From an uncultured Verrucomicrobiae bacterium (GTDB lineage Bacteria; Verrucomicrobiota; Verrucomicrobiia; Limisphaerales; Palsa-1400): a DNA stretch of 64,000 nucleotides. Every line of letters begins with the position of its first letter. Position 1 is the first letter of the stretch. Positions 1 to 9,732 of the stretch are shown here, piece by piece. Below the pieces are notes generated by a model that saw nothing but the letters and a program-made list of their open reading frames with translations, was not told where the DNA came from and ran no database searches. The stretch covers positions 32,001-96,000 of the forward strand of contig CAVXRD010000003.1 of assembly GCA_963764165.1 (NCBI GenBank). The letters are read 5' to 3'. Both the position numbers and the translations under genes were made by a program.

Positions 1-752
1 GGAAGCGTCACAATGGTATCGAGCGTCGCGGGATTCACCGACAAATAATTGCGCGCGTAATGCATGACCGAAAGAAAATCGTATGCGCCTTGATTGCGCG
101 AGTCGGGCAGCAAAACGAAATTGCCGATGCCGCCGGGAACAATGTTGTTGGTCAGAATGTTGACATAGGAATTGCGGTCTGAGCGTTGATGCTCATGAAC
201 CAGACCAAGCGTGTGCCCAATCTCGTGGCACAACGTTCCGCGATTCCACGACCCCAGTCCGACAGAAAGAAACTGCTGCCCGCCGACCATCCCCACGGCG
301 GATTCGCCCCCCTCCAATCCGCCGGCAAGCTGGACAGTCACATAGTTGGATTGGGTGGTTCGCGGAATAAAATGAAGGTCGGCAAATGTGGCCCATTCGT
401 TCGCGGCATCGAGGAAGGCCTTTTGATAATTCTCGGGAACGGCGTTAGTTCCAGAAGTGGCGAAGGAATAATAGACATCGCCGTCTGTCCACGTTGGGAC
501 ATCGCCGCTGAACGCGCTTAATTTTGCCGGCCCGCCCGCAAGCTGGTCACGCCACGCCTGCAAATTCGTGACAAGAATATGCATGTCGCCGACCCGCGCG
601 AGAACCTGGCCGGGCAGCACGGGCGCAAGGATCTGGTCGAGAACCGCGACATTCCAATCTTCTGAGGGCGGCTGGGCGCCAAGTGGCGGAGATGCGGCGA
701 AAACCTCAAATAAGCAAAACAGCAAGAGCGGGCGGACAAGGGAAGTTCTCAT
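1..752 (-). CDS. Astacin-family (M12A) zinc metallopeptidase, secreted; 3' end runs off the window
   Basis: Not in the ORF track. Manual translation from ATG at 752 gives MRTSLVRPLLLFCLFEVFAASPPLGAQ (signal-like), then CHEIGHTLGLVHEHQRSDRNSYV (astacin zinc signature, HE at ~227-222) and YDFLSVMHY (Met-turn). Confidence 0.9.
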   Translation of the reverse strand, partial: MRTSLVRPLLLFCLFEVFAASPPLGAQPPSEDWNVAVLDQILAPVLPGQVLARVGDMHILVTNLQAWRDQLAGGPAKLSAFSGDVPTWTDGDVYYSFATSGTNAVPENYQKAFLDAANEWATFADLHFIPRTTQSNYVTVQLAGGLEGGESAVGMVGGQQFLSVGLGSWNRGTLCHEIGHTLGLVHEHQRSDRNSYVNILTNNIVPGGIGNFVLLPDSRNQGAYDFLSVMHYARNYLSVNPATLDTIVTL

Positions 753-976
753 AAGGCCAATATGCAATCACCAAGCCAAATGTTAGCCCTCGCGAATCAC
801 CCTTTAAGGTAGGTGAATGCCTCCCATCGATCATCCCAAACCCGTCCGGCAATGATCCAATAAACGCCATGCCGCCCTCGTTCCCATTGCACCTGAACAA
901 GGGCGGCTGCGCCCCAACCCGCGCGGAAGGACCGGCTCAAGCCGGACAGATTGCCGCCGGCCGCTGGCGGGCCTGT

Positions 977-1603
977 CTAAAAGGTCAACGTGTAGGACGC
1001 GAAGATCCCCGTGTTCCTAATGGGCTTGATGCCGCTTGGCGAGACCGAGAGGTATTTGACACCCAGGCCAATCGCGCTGGAGCCGAACTTATATTTGACT
1101 CCGCCCTTCATTTGCCAGGCCCCATCGAGCTCGGAGCCGACCAGGTCGGAATTGAAGTTGGCTACCTCGATCGCGTCAAGGCCGCCGCCGCCGCCGGCGT
1201 AGGCGACCCAGTGCTCGTTGAAATGCCAGCTGGCAACGGCGTTCACCAGCACCGGCACCTGCAGGAGGTCCGCGTCGGAGCCGGAGGCGGTGCCGCTGTT
1301 CCACAGGATGCCCGTTTCAACCTCCGGCGCCAGCGAGAGATGGTCGGTGATCTTGAAGGCGTAGCCCATCGAGAGATCCAGGCGGTAACCCGTGCTGCTG
1401 GTTGGGAAGACAGTCTTCGCGCCAAGCGAGTTCATGAAGTTCATGCCGGCGTCTGTCTCGAAGTATAACCCGTGGGTTTTGCCCATCCCGTCGTCGCCGT
1501 CAGCGGCGTGAAGCGGCGCGGCGCCGGCGCACAGGCCGGCTGCGGCGATCAGGAAGGCAAACCATCCATTATTGAGATTGCGTTGTTTCATAATACTTTT
1601 CAT
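977..1603 (-). CDS. Outer-membrane beta-barrel protein (OmpA/Opa-like 8-stranded barrel)
   Basis: Signal peptide ending AAPLHA, alternating amphipathic strands (AYAGGGGG, GGVKYKF) and C-terminal YTLTF. Start probably 1603 or 1591 rather than 1765. Confidence 0.8.
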   Translation of the reverse strand: MKSIMKQRNLNNGWFAFLIAAAGLCAGAAPLHAADGDDGMGKTHGLYFETDAGMNFMNSLGAKTVFPTSSTGYRLDLSMGYAFKITDHLSLAPEVETGILWNSGTASGSDADLLQVPVLVNAVASWHFNEHWVAYAGGGGGLDAIEVANFNSDLVGSELDGAWQMKGGVKYKFGSSAIGLGVKYLSVSPSGIKPIRNTGIFASYTLTF

Positions 1604-1765
1604 TTTTCTAACGTTTGCATTGTTGCGTTCATTCAAACCGCCGTGCGCCAAAGAACACCCTTGGACACATCCAATCTGGCTGGTCTGAAATCCATAAAGC
1701 GGATCGCGAATTTTTGTTTGCTTGACACGGAAGGAATTGTGATGGGGCATTTTTCCGCAGCGCAT

Positions 1766-2185
1766 TTATTTGTAGGCCACGCCGACGCCTGTGTAGTGCT
1801 TCACCTTGGTTTCCAAGGTCCAGTTCCGCGGTGTTTTTGCCTCCTGGATTTCAATGACTGCGTCGCAGCCCGCGGCGCGGGCTTCATCCTTGAACAGCGG
1901 GAAGGCGTTTTGAACCGAACGATCGGCGAAGAATTGGGCTTCGCATTGGACGTCCAATATGGCGACGCGCTCGAAGTCTCTCGCCGGAAGCCCGTTGGTG
2001 AAGATTTCCACCGGCGCTCCGGCGGGCCTGGGCGGGCGGGGTTGGTGAACAAAAGTGTGGGTTCCCACTTCGCTCGCGCAACCAGCGAGGATGGAGATCG
2101 CGGCGACGCCCGGCAACAGGCGCGCGGAGATCTTCCGCAATTGAGCGAGGCCGCGGCGGGCAAGCGCAAATGTCAGAGTCTTCAT
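1766..2185 (-). CDS. Small lipoprotein (YbjQ/DUF4156-like fold possible)
   Basis: Lipobox ILAGC; EARAAGCDAVI motif. Confidence 0.65.
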   Translation of the reverse strand: MKTLTFALARRGLAQLRKISARLLPGVAAISILAGCASEVGTHTFVHQPRPPRPAGAPVEIFTNGLPARDFERVAILDVQCEAQFFADRSVQNAFPLFKDEARAAGCDAVIEIQEAKTPRNWTLETKVKHYTGVGVAYK

Positions 2186-2188
2186 GGT

Positions 2189-2668
2189 TCACTTGGTGGT
2201 TAAGTTGCTGTTGAGAAGCTCGGTCATCTGGTCAATGACCTGTTTGTTCCATCCCTGCTGGCCGGCGAGGCCAACAAACGACTTGTGGGTCTCCACCCAG
2301 ATGTGCGTTTCGTTTTCGGACTGTGGATACAGGTAAACATTCACCGTCTCCCCGCCGCTGCCGACGACGAGCCCGAACTTGCGCGGTCTTTCCCCGGACA
2401 GGAAATACGGCTGCTGTATTTTGATTTTGCACCCGACGAATGTCAGCGCCCGCATGGCGGCCTGCCGCACCTCGTCCTGGCTCTTGGCGAAGACAACGGG
2501 TGTGTGCCCCTTGACGTCACCTTGTGTCAGGATTTTTTCCTTCGTCATGGAGCCATCTCGGGAGATTTCCTGGTTCCCGGAAGGAGGTGTGGACGCGCAT
2601 CCAGACAGCCAGACGCATGAGCTGACCAACACGGCGGCGGCAGTGCATTTGAATTGGATATTTTTCAT
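2189..2668 (-). CDS. Lipoprotein of unknown function
   Basis: Lipobox WLSGC; 3-nt gap to the next gene, so operonic. Confidence 0.7.
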   Translation of the reverse strand: MKNIQFKCTAAAVLVSSCVWLSGCASTPPSGNQEISRDGSMTKEKILTQGDVKGHTPVVFAKSQDEVRQAAMRALTFVGCKIKIQQPYFLSGERPRKFGLVVGSGGETVNVYLYPQSENETHIWVETHKSFVGLAGQQGWNKQVIDQMTELLNSNLTTK

Positions 2669-2725
2669 ACTTTTATTTGACTGATGTTTTTGTTGAATTT
2701 GTTGTTACCTGCTGCTTTCAAGCCG

Positions 2726-2755
2726 TAATACGCGGTGAGATCTCGCAATCTGACA
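2726..2755 (-). promoter_or_regulatory. Putative ECF-type promoter for the lipoprotein/OMP operon
   Basis: Minus strand reads TGTCAG-N17-CGTATTA, about 60 nt upstream of the start at 2668. Confidence 0.4.
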
Positions 2756-2798
2756 AAAAAGGGGCCGTTCGCCCCGGTCTTTTTATTTTTTTTGCGGA

Positions 2799-2831
2799 AT
2801 TCCTGTCGGGTTTTTCCGGATTGAGTCCATT
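2799..2831 (+). promoter_or_regulatory. Putative ECF sigma promoter, copy 1 (upstream of the sigma gene)
   Basis: ATTCCTGTCGG-N13-GAGTCCATT; same boxes and spacing recur at 4367-4399. Confidence 0.7.
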
Positions 2832-2989
2832 TAAGAATCAGAGGCCATGAATTCTTGCCTGTCGAAATGTTGTGGCAAGGCGCAGCCGTCCATGTTTGGC
2901 GGCGGCGGAAGTTTTGCCGCGCCAGCCCGCTTGCGGCTTTACCTTAAACCGGCGCCCCGCCAGACTCGGGAAGCCAAACCACGCATTTT

Positions 2990-4342
2990 GTGAGCACGAA
3001 CCGTGAAGAACCCGTGGATGCCGCAAATCGTCCTGCCGAGACGGGGCCGGCTGCCGTGAATGACTGGGAGCATGTCGCCGCCTACACGCGCGGAGACGAG
3101 GCTGCGTTCGAGAGTCTTGTCGAGAAATACTTCCGCATGGTTTATGCGGCAGCCATGCGCCAGCTCGGCGATCCACATCTGGCGGAGGAAGTCGCGCAGT
3201 CCGTGTTCATCATTTTTTCACGCAAGGCAGGCAGGCTTTCGTCTAGCGTTTCCATCTGCGGATGGCTGCTGCAAACGGCGCGGTTCGTGTCCCGCGATGC
3301 CATCAAAATGCGCCAGCGCCGGCAGCGGAACGAACAGGAATTTGCGTCCAGCCTGGATCAAAGTTCATCGCCGGGCGTCGGCCAAAACGCGATCCAGGCG
3401 GTGCTTGACGAGGCTCTTCTGGCGCTGCCCGCCGCCGAGCAGGTTGGGGTGATGGCGCATTTCTACGAGGGGAAAAATTTCAAGGAAATTGGCCGGATGC
3501 TGGCCATCAGCGAGGATGGCGCCCAAAAAAGGGTTTCGCGCAGCCTGGCTAAATTGCGAACTTTCCTTCTGAAACGCGGCGCAAAGGTGCCCGAGGCGGC
3601 GTTGGGAGGGTTGCTGGTGGCGCAGTTTCCCCATGACGCGGGCGCCCAGGCTGTGGCCTCCGCTCTTCAGGCCGTGCGGAATGCCGCACATGGAAAAATG
3701 GCGGCGGGCAGCGCGATCACGCTCGCGAATCGCGCGGCGCGGTTATTGCGATGGCGCGCCGCATTCAGCTTGAGCCTTAAGCTGGCGCTTCCGTTGGTTC
3801 TCGTGACCGGCGGCGTTTTGGCCGTGGAGGAATGGAATCATCCGCGGCGCTCCACTCTTCAAGCGGATGATCCGCGCATTGAATCTCTGGCCCGGAGATG
3901 GAGCGCCATGGTCATTCAGATTGCCGGCGCTGAAAAAGAGGTCTCCCAAATTTCCGTCAACGACCCGCGTTTTCAAACGATTCTGGCGCAGGTCAACTCT
4001 TTCGCCCGGGACGCGGCGCCGATACGCGACGAACTCAACGCAATGCTGACCCCGGCGCGGGAGCGCGGCCAGGTGGCCGAGTTTCTATCGGCGGAAGTTG
4101 CCGAGACGCTGCAGCTCCAATCCTCTGAGAGGCGCGATGTGTTCTCCTTTGTCAGCAAACGGCTGTCCCAGGGAGCCACGCTGACGGACGCGATGAAAGC
4201 CATGTTTCAAGACATCCCGGCTGAAGCCGTCCAGATCAAAGCGCTGCTGTCTCCAGAGCATCGAACGAGCTTTGACTCCATTTATGGCGCCCAGGGCTCT
4301 TGCCTCTTCGTTTATCTGCAAATCGCCACGGCTGGAAAGTGA
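2990..4342 (+). CDS. ECF sigma-70 factor with C-terminal membrane-anchored extension
   Basis: Region 2 (AFESLVEKY...DPHLAEEVAQSVF), region 4 (FKEIGRMLAISEDGAQKRVSRSL), TM helix LALPLVLVTGGVLAV, then a soluble C-terminal domain. Confidence 0.9.
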   Translation: MSTNREEPVDAANRPAETGPAAVNDWEHVAAYTRGDEAAFESLVEKYFRMVYAAAMRQLGDPHLAEEVAQSVFIIFSRKAGRLSSSVSICGWLLQTARFVSRDAIKMRQRRQRNEQEFASSLDQSSSPGVGQNAIQAVLDEALLALPAAEQVGVMAHFYEGKNFKEIGRMLAISEDGAQKRVSRSLAKLRTFLLKRGAKVPEAALGGLLVAQFPHDAGAQAVASALQAVRNAAHGKMAAGSAITLANRAARLLRWRAAFSLSLKLALPLVLVTGGVLAVEEWNHPRRSTLQADDPRIESLARRWSAMVIQIAGAEKEVSQISVNDPRFQTILAQVNSFARDAAPIRDELNAMLTPARERGQVAEFLSAEVAETLQLQSSERRDVFSFVSKRLSQGATLTDAMKAMFQDIPAEAVQIKALLSPEHRTSFDSIYGAQGSCLFVYLQIATAGK

Positions 4343-4366
4343 AGCCGGTTCGGCGATTATTCCAAG

Positions 4367-4399
4367 ATTCCTGTCGGTTTTCCCCAGGGCGAGTCCATT
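4367..4399 (+). promoter_or_regulatory. Putative ECF sigma promoter, copy 2 (upstream of the GloVer gene)
   Basis: ATTCCTGTCGG-N13-GAGTCCATT, ending 28 nt before the ATG at 4428. Confidence 0.7.
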
Positions 4400-4427
4400 C
4401 ATTGGCGAAGGTTGAATTTATCAAACT

Positions 4428-5972
4428 ATGAAAAATCATTCTAAGACATTACTTCTGCTAGCCGCTGGATTCGGCGCGTTGCTCGTCGACTCGATGAAAG
4501 CCCAAACATTCACAACCCTCCATAGCTTCACGGCGCCGGGTGGTTTTACGCATACCAATCGCGATGGCGCGAATCCGATGGCCGGATTGACGTTGTCGGG
4601 CGGCACTCTCTACGGGACAGCGGCGACTGCCGGGCCGGGAGACTACGGGACGGTTTTCGCAATCCACACCGACGGCACGGATTTTACGACGCTCCTAAGC
4701 TTTACCAACAACGGCTACGCCGGTTATCCAATGGGCGGAGTTATTTTGTCGGGAACCACGCTTTATGGTTCGATGAATCAAGGCGGTCTTTACTCAAAAG
4801 GAGGAGGAGTATTTTCCATCAACACCGATGGCACCGGTTTCACAAACCTGTTTACTCCGGACTTGGGTGGTTTTGATTCCCAGGGCTTCTATTGCAACAC
4901 CGAAGGGGCTGGTCCGCTGGGCTTGATCCTGTCCGGCAATGCGCTTTATGGAACCACAATCACCGGCGGAGAGGCTGGTTATGGGACGGTGTTCTCCCTC
5001 AACACCGATGGCTCGGATTTTACCAATTCGCATGTTTTTGCGGAAGGCGCGGCGGATTCATCAGGCTTGACGATCAACAGCGATGGCTTGTGGCCGCAAT
5101 CAGGGTTGATTTTGTCAGGCAACACTTTGTTTGGAACCACAGAACTTGGCGGCGCCGATGGTTTTGGCACTGTGTTCGCGATTAACATTGATGGAACGGG
5201 CTTTACAACGCTTTATACTTTCACCAACGGAAGCGACGGAAGTTTCCCCTATGGCGCATTGACCATCGCGGGCGGCACTTTGTATGGGACCGCGTCCGAG
5301 GGCGGAGATTCAGGCTGGGGCACTGTATTTGCCATCAATACCAATGGCACAGGCTTCGCCACTCTTCACAGCTTCTCGGCAATCCCTGGTCCCTTCAGTG
5401 GCTACTATGGCGGCACCAATGCTGACGGGGCGATTCCTTATGCTGGATTGGCAGTGTCAGGAAGCACTCTTTATGGAACGGCATTTGAAGGAGGCGCATC
5501 GGGCTACGGGACAGTATTCGCACTCCACACCGACGGCACGGGTTTTACGACTCTCTATAACTTCTCAAAAACCCATCCTGCCGGGGGAGGGTCGTCCCTT
5601 CCTGCAACAAACGATGACGGTGCGAATCCGTATTCCGGGTTGACGTTATCAGGCAGCACGCTGTATGGGACGGCGGAATTTGGCGGCGGCTCGGGTTATG
5701 GCACCGTATTCAGCCTCTCGCTGCCGGTGCCGCCGCAACCGGGAATATCTTCTTCCTCGGGATACATTACTTTGAAGTGGCCCACCAATGCCGTCGTGTT
5801 CACTGCCTCGCCGGCCAAGGGCGCGACTTACACGCTGCAAGTTTGCAGCAATTTGGGGAACCCTGTCTGGAGTTCGCTCCAAAACCTCACGGTTTCAAAT
5901 GGAGCATTCCACTTCACCGAGCCGCTGCAAACGAACAGCACCGGGCGATTCTACCGCATCAGCGCGCAATAG
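4428..5972 (+). CDS. Secreted GloVer (Gloeo_Verruco) tandem-repeat protein
   Basis: Signal peptide; repeats of DGAxPxxGLxLSGxTLYGTAxxGGxxGYGTVFxINTDGTGFTTLHSF; C-terminal RFYR domain. Confidence 0.9.
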   Translation: MKNHSKTLLLLAAGFGALLVDSMKAQTFTTLHSFTAPGGFTHTNRDGANPMAGLTLSGGTLYGTAATAGPGDYGTVFAIHTDGTDFTTLLSFTNNGYAGYPMGGVILSGTTLYGSMNQGGLYSKGGGVFSINTDGTGFTNLFTPDLGGFDSQGFYCNTEGAGPLGLILSGNALYGTTITGGEAGYGTVFSLNTDGSDFTNSHVFAEGAADSSGLTINSDGLWPQSGLILSGNTLFGTTELGGADGFGTVFAINIDGTGFTTLYTFTNGSDGSFPYGALTIAGGTLYGTASEGGDSGWGTVFAINTNGTGFATLHSFSAIPGPFSGYYGGTNADGAIPYAGLAVSGSTLYGTAFEGGASGYGTVFALHTDGTGFTTLYNFSKTHPAGGGSSLPATNDDGANPYSGLTLSGSTLYGTAEFGGGSGYGTVFSLSLPVPPQPGISSSSGYITLKWPTNAVVFTASPAKGATYTLQVCSNLGNPVWSSLQNLTVSNGAFHFTEPLQTNSTGRFYRISAQ

Positions 5973-6001
5973 CGCGGCAGCGCAACGCCGCAAAAGCCAA
6001 T

Positions 6002-6032
6002 GCGCAGCCGTGCCGATCTGGCATGGCCGCGC
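6002..6032. terminator. GC hairpin between convergent genes
   Basis: GCGCAGCCGTGCC-GATCT-GGCATGGCCGCGC is an imperfect stem with no clear U-tract. Confidence 0.35.
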
Positions 6033-6074
6033 ATTGTGTTTTGTGACTGAGTTCTCCCTCGCGGCGCGGTCGTG

Positions 6075-6887
6075 TCATCGCGGCCCGTTTGCCCGTTCCG
6101 CTGTTCCATTGACACAATCCGCCCAATGACTAAGAAAGAATTTCTTCTCCGAAGGAACGAAGTCCTTCGATGTGCCGAGAAGTGGGCGCAAGGTCGTGGT
6201 CATTTGCAGGGAGACCAGCATAAAAATCAAAATCCACACGTTCAATCCACCGCGCGACTTTGCTTCCGAATGCGAATAGCCAGCAACAATGAACCGCACG
6301 CCAAACAGTGTCGCGACAAACCAGAACGCCAGATGCAACGCGCCCATCCACACGATGGAGGAGGTGGACTGGGAAAAAATCCAAGCCACCGGCGCGAACC
6401 CGATAAGCAAAATGGTCATCAGCATGAGCAAGCCGGTCAACAATCCCGCCACTTCGACAAGGCGCGCTTTTGAGCCGCTCAAGCAAGTAAAGATATACAG
6501 GCTCGGCAGGCAGATGGCCCCCGAGATAAAGAGCCCGGCGGCGATTTTGACCGGCGCGGCCCATAGCTGGACTCCGCCTGAAAACGTTCCCACCACCACG
6601 CCATACACCACCAGGCAGGCCAGCGTGGCCATGACCATTCCCGGAATGACGCGCCTGCCGTCTGGCTGGCGCAGGTGGAAGAGCAATTGGCGCGGATGCC
6701 GCAGCATCGCGTCTATGGCGGCGAACACATGCGGGATCGGCGCGCGGTCCGCCGGATCGTCGCCCAAAGGCGCCTCCTTGGCGGCTCGCGCCAGCGCGGC
6801 GGCGCTCAACTGGCTTGGCGGCGGGATTGACTCCGGAGAACTTCCGAAGGGTGGCATGGGCGGCGGGACGGGGCTGTTTTCATTCAT
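6075..6887 (-). CDS. Multi-pass membrane protein (about 5 TM), paralog of the upstream gene
   Basis: Hydrophobic helices; AAPVK, CLPSLY, FAPVAWIF and LQMTTTLRPLLG motifs. Confidence 0.75.
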   Translation of the reverse strand: MNENSPVPPPMPPFGSSPESIPPPSQLSAAALARAAKEAPLGDDPADRAPIPHVFAAIDAMLRHPRQLLFHLRQPDGRRVIPGMVMATLACLVVYGVVVGTFSGGVQLWAAPVKIAAGLFISGAICLPSLYIFTCLSGSKARLVEVAGLLTGLLMLMTILLIGFAPVAWIFSQSTSSIVWMGALHLAFWFVATLFGVRFIVAGYSHSEAKSRGGLNVWILIFMLVSLQMTTTLRPLLGTSKDFVPSEKKFFLSHWADCVNGTAERANGPR

Positions 6888-6906
6888 AGTCAGATTTCGT
6901 TTGAAT

Positions 6907-7626
6907 TTACAATTTGTGAAGCAGTGCGAGGAAAGTTTCGTAAACGGTTTCGTAAAAATTCCCGTGGAACGCGTTGGCGCGAAGAAATTCCACCGGCAGA
7001 TTCGGCGATCCTATAAACGGACGCATGATCCAGGAAAGCTGGCTGCCAAGGAACAGGTTGGAGGCGAGCCACGCCGCCAGCACGCGCAAGCCCGCCTTGC
7101 GGCCACGCCCCAGCCGCACAAGCAGTTGAAAGAGGCGGGCGTTGCCGGCCGATCCGGCGAAGGCGATGATGAATACGTGCGCCAGCAGAAGGGCGTCATA
7201 TGCGAGTTGGGCGCTTCGGGCGCCGGACATCGGCGGGCTGTTCCAAACCATGAACGCCACCAGCGGGCTGAACGCTCCAAGAATCGCCGCGGTGACGGCG
7301 AAGCTCATCAGGATGGCGGAGAAGGACTGGCGAAATGAAATGTTCACGCCGAGCAGCGGCGCGAGCATGCCGTTGATGAGCGCATTGCCCCCGGCTGTCA
7401 ACAGCATGATCAGCGGGAACTTCAGCGCCACGCAAAACGCCTGCTGAGGGCTCCGCCACCAGCCCATCGCCGCGCCATAGAGCCCGGCCCCGAGGGCAAT
7501 GAAGCCAATTTGACTTGTGAATCGTCTCGCCTCCCACCGCTGGCTCCAGGCGGAAAGCTGTTCAATTTCGCCCCGCAATAAAGCAGGCAATTCGCTCGCA
7601 TCTGGACTGTAAGACAATCGATTCAC
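6907..7626 (-). CDS. Multi-pass membrane protein (about 5 TM)
   Basis: YGAAMG, ALKFP, FSPLVAF and SQLSWIMRPFIG motifs parallel those of 6075-6887. Confidence 0.75.
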   Translation of the reverse strand: MNRLSYSPDASELPALLRGEIEQLSAWSQRWEARRFTSQIGFIALGAGLYGAAMGWWRSPQQAFCVALKFPLIMLLTAGGNALINGMLAPLLGVNISFRQSFSAILMSFAVTAAILGAFSPLVAFMVWNSPPMSGARSAQLAYDALLLAHVFIIAFAGSAGNARLFQLLVRLGRGRKAGLRVLAAWLASNLFLGSQLSWIMRPFIGSPNLPVEFLRANAFHGNFYETVYETFLALLHKL

Positions 7627-7756
7627 TGCGATCTCGCGTAGCGTTCGGATGCATTCCAGCCGTCACGCTTTGCGCCACAAAGCAAGAGACCGCGCCGCCG
7701 GTAAAATGTTCAAAAAGCGGTCGAGGAATCTTTCAATCTTCCGCGTCTTGATAACG

Positions 7757-7786
7757 AAAAAAGGCTGGCCCTCGCAGGAGCCAGCC
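7757..7786 (-). terminator. Rho-independent terminator of the DUF6600 gene
   Basis: Minus strand reads GGCTGGC-loop-GCCAGCC then TTTTTT, 23 nt after the stop at 7810. Confidence 0.75.
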
Positions 7787-7809
7787 ACATTCAAGTCTCT
7801 TTTGGCATT

Positions 7810-9249
7810 TTACCTCGGCGGTGAATTCGTCGAGGCGCCGCCTGTCGGTTTCTTGGCGGGCGCCGCTCCAGAATGCTGGGCACCGGGCGCGGGCGTTCCG
7901 GGATGCACTGCTCCAGGGGCGGGCGCTCCAGGATGCGCGCCAGGCGGTGTCGCCGCTGGATGAGCGGCAGGCGGCGCCGTGGTCCCGGGATGCGCTGTGG
8001 CGGGATGGGCCGCGTTTTCCGCCGTCGTGTGCGTATTCGCGTTGGCCGTGTTCTTGACGTTCGCTTCGTTCTTGAGATTGGTCTCGTTGCGAGTGTTGCT
8101 GACGTTTTTCGTGTCATTCACGTTTTTGACGTTGCTCACGTTTTTCACGTTGCTGACGTTGTTGACGTTGGAGACATTCTTCACGGTGGTGACGTTATTG
8201 CGGATGGTCACGTTTTTCACGTTTGTTACATTCTTGACCACGGTGGTGTGCTCGATCACGACTTGCTTGTTGATCGAAACTACCTCCACCGGGTGGCCGA
8301 TGCGGACGGCAATATCCTGGCGTCCGAAACCTTCGACTACGAAACGGCCTCCTTCCACGTGATACGAGTTCTGAATGACGCTCGCGCCGAACACAATATC
8401 CACACGCGCCGCCGGGAACATGACCACGCCGTAGTCAGGAGCAAAAATGTGGTCAAAGCCCACGAACGTGAAGGCGTTGGCGCGTAGGCCAAAGTCGAAA
8501 TCCGCCGCGATGGCCACTCCGCCGATGGAGATGCCGACCCCGGCCACGAACTCAGCTTGCGGGGGCAGGGGAGCCCAGCCGTAGGCGCCTTCACCGCGGC
8601 GCCAGGCCACCCACGAAGGACCCCAGTTGTAACCCGGCACCCAGATCCATCCGTTCACCGGGTCCAATGTCCAGCGTCCATAATGGAAAACGACCGCACC
8701 CCAAGGATCATCAGCCTGCCAGTACCAACCGGCATCGGTCATCACCCAATGGCCGCCCTGGCAATAGGGCCGCCAGTTTGGGTCGCTGATGGCGACTCCC
8801 GGCTTCCACGCGGCGCCGTAACCGGGCACGTCAACCCAGGTTCCATAAGGCCCGAGCTGGGTTTGAAAATACGCGAGGTTGATATCGGGAGCTGGCGCAG
8901 CCGATGCGTCCGGAGGCGGCGGAGCGGGCGTTGGCGGCGGATCCTGTGGGGCGGGGGCGGGAGCGGGGCCGCCTCCCAAGGACTGCATCAGATCCAGCAC
9001 CTTCGGCGTGACGCCTTGGGTGTTCAGATAAATGATGTCATCCGGGCTAAGGTGGTAGGCGATGCCGCTGGCCTTGATGAAATTGATGACATTGTCCTCG
9101 GGCACATGGGCGGCCGACAGCTTGCCCACATCCATTACTCCCGGTGACAGGCTCTGGGCCAGAACAGCGGTGCCCGACAGCAGCACTGCAATCCCAGCCG
9201 ACAGAACAGATTTCCTAAAACTTTCCTTCATATTCTTTCTCATATTCAA
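7810..9249 (-). CDS. Exported DUF6600-domain protein with an xNV-repeat and Pro-rich tail
   Basis: Signal peptide; LGPYGTW, WRPY..GHW, PWG...[13 protein letters not shown] and GWAPLPP motifs; low-complexity C-terminus. Confidence 0.8.
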   Translation of the reverse strand: MNMRKNMKESFRKSVLSAGIAVLLSGTAVLAQSLSPGVMDVGKLSAAHVPEDNVINFIKASGIAYHLSPDDIIYLNTQGVTPKVLDLMQSLGGGPAPAPAPQDPPPTPAPPPPDASAAPAPDINLAYFQTQLGPYGTWVDVPGYGAAWKPGVAISDPNWRPYCQGGHWVMTDAGWYWQADDPWGAVVFHYGRWTLDPVNGWIWVPGYNWGPSWVAWRRGEGAYGWAPLPPQAEFVAGVGISIGGVAIAADFDFGLRANAFTFVGFDHIFAPDYGVVMFPAARVDIVFGASVIQNSYHVEGGRFVVEGFGRQDIAVRIGHPVEVVSINKQVVIEHTTVVKNVTNVKNVTIRNNVTTVKNVSNVNNVSNVKNVSNVKNVNDTKNVSNTRNETNLKNEANVKNTANANTHTTAENAAHPATAHPGTTAPPAAHPAATPPGAHPGAPAPGAVHPGTPAPGAQHSGAAPAKKPTGGASTNSPPR

Positions 9250-9732
9250 ACTTCTATACGTTTGACTCGCATGATTCTTGCAAGTCAGCGCATTTGCTTA
9301 ACTTCCGCAGTAGAGTTAGCGAACCCATGGAATTGACGGGCCAAATGGCTCAATTCAGTGTCAATGTCCTCTTGCTTCCGGGTTTGACGAACAGGGTGGC
9401 CCTTCGATCAGCGGCGTGTCCCGCTGCCGACACCATGCGCTTAAAATGGCAAAAGCGCCACACAAAAATTGCTTTTCCGCCGACTCTTTTTGGCGAGCGG
9501 CTCGGCGACGAATCCCAACCGGCGTCTTGGATGGCATAATGCGCGCCGCAAAATAAGCTGCCGCACCCGCCGCAGCGTTGTCAATTAAGCACTTAGTCAG
9601 TCACACATTTGCGGCGGCCTGGCGGTAAATCATCTAAGCCCCAAAACATCTGTCCGATGTGCAATATGCACTGCTTGGGTTTGAAGAACTTATGACTTTA
9701 CTTTCGAGAGAAAACTCGTCCAGACTAAATCA

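Noticed and set aside
6289..7338. Long antisense ORFs (e.g. 6289-7338, 30484-31545, 42760-43836, 56420-57289, 59407-60471)
   Set aside because: Shadow frames opposite well-supported genes in GC-rich DNA, with no recognisable motifs.
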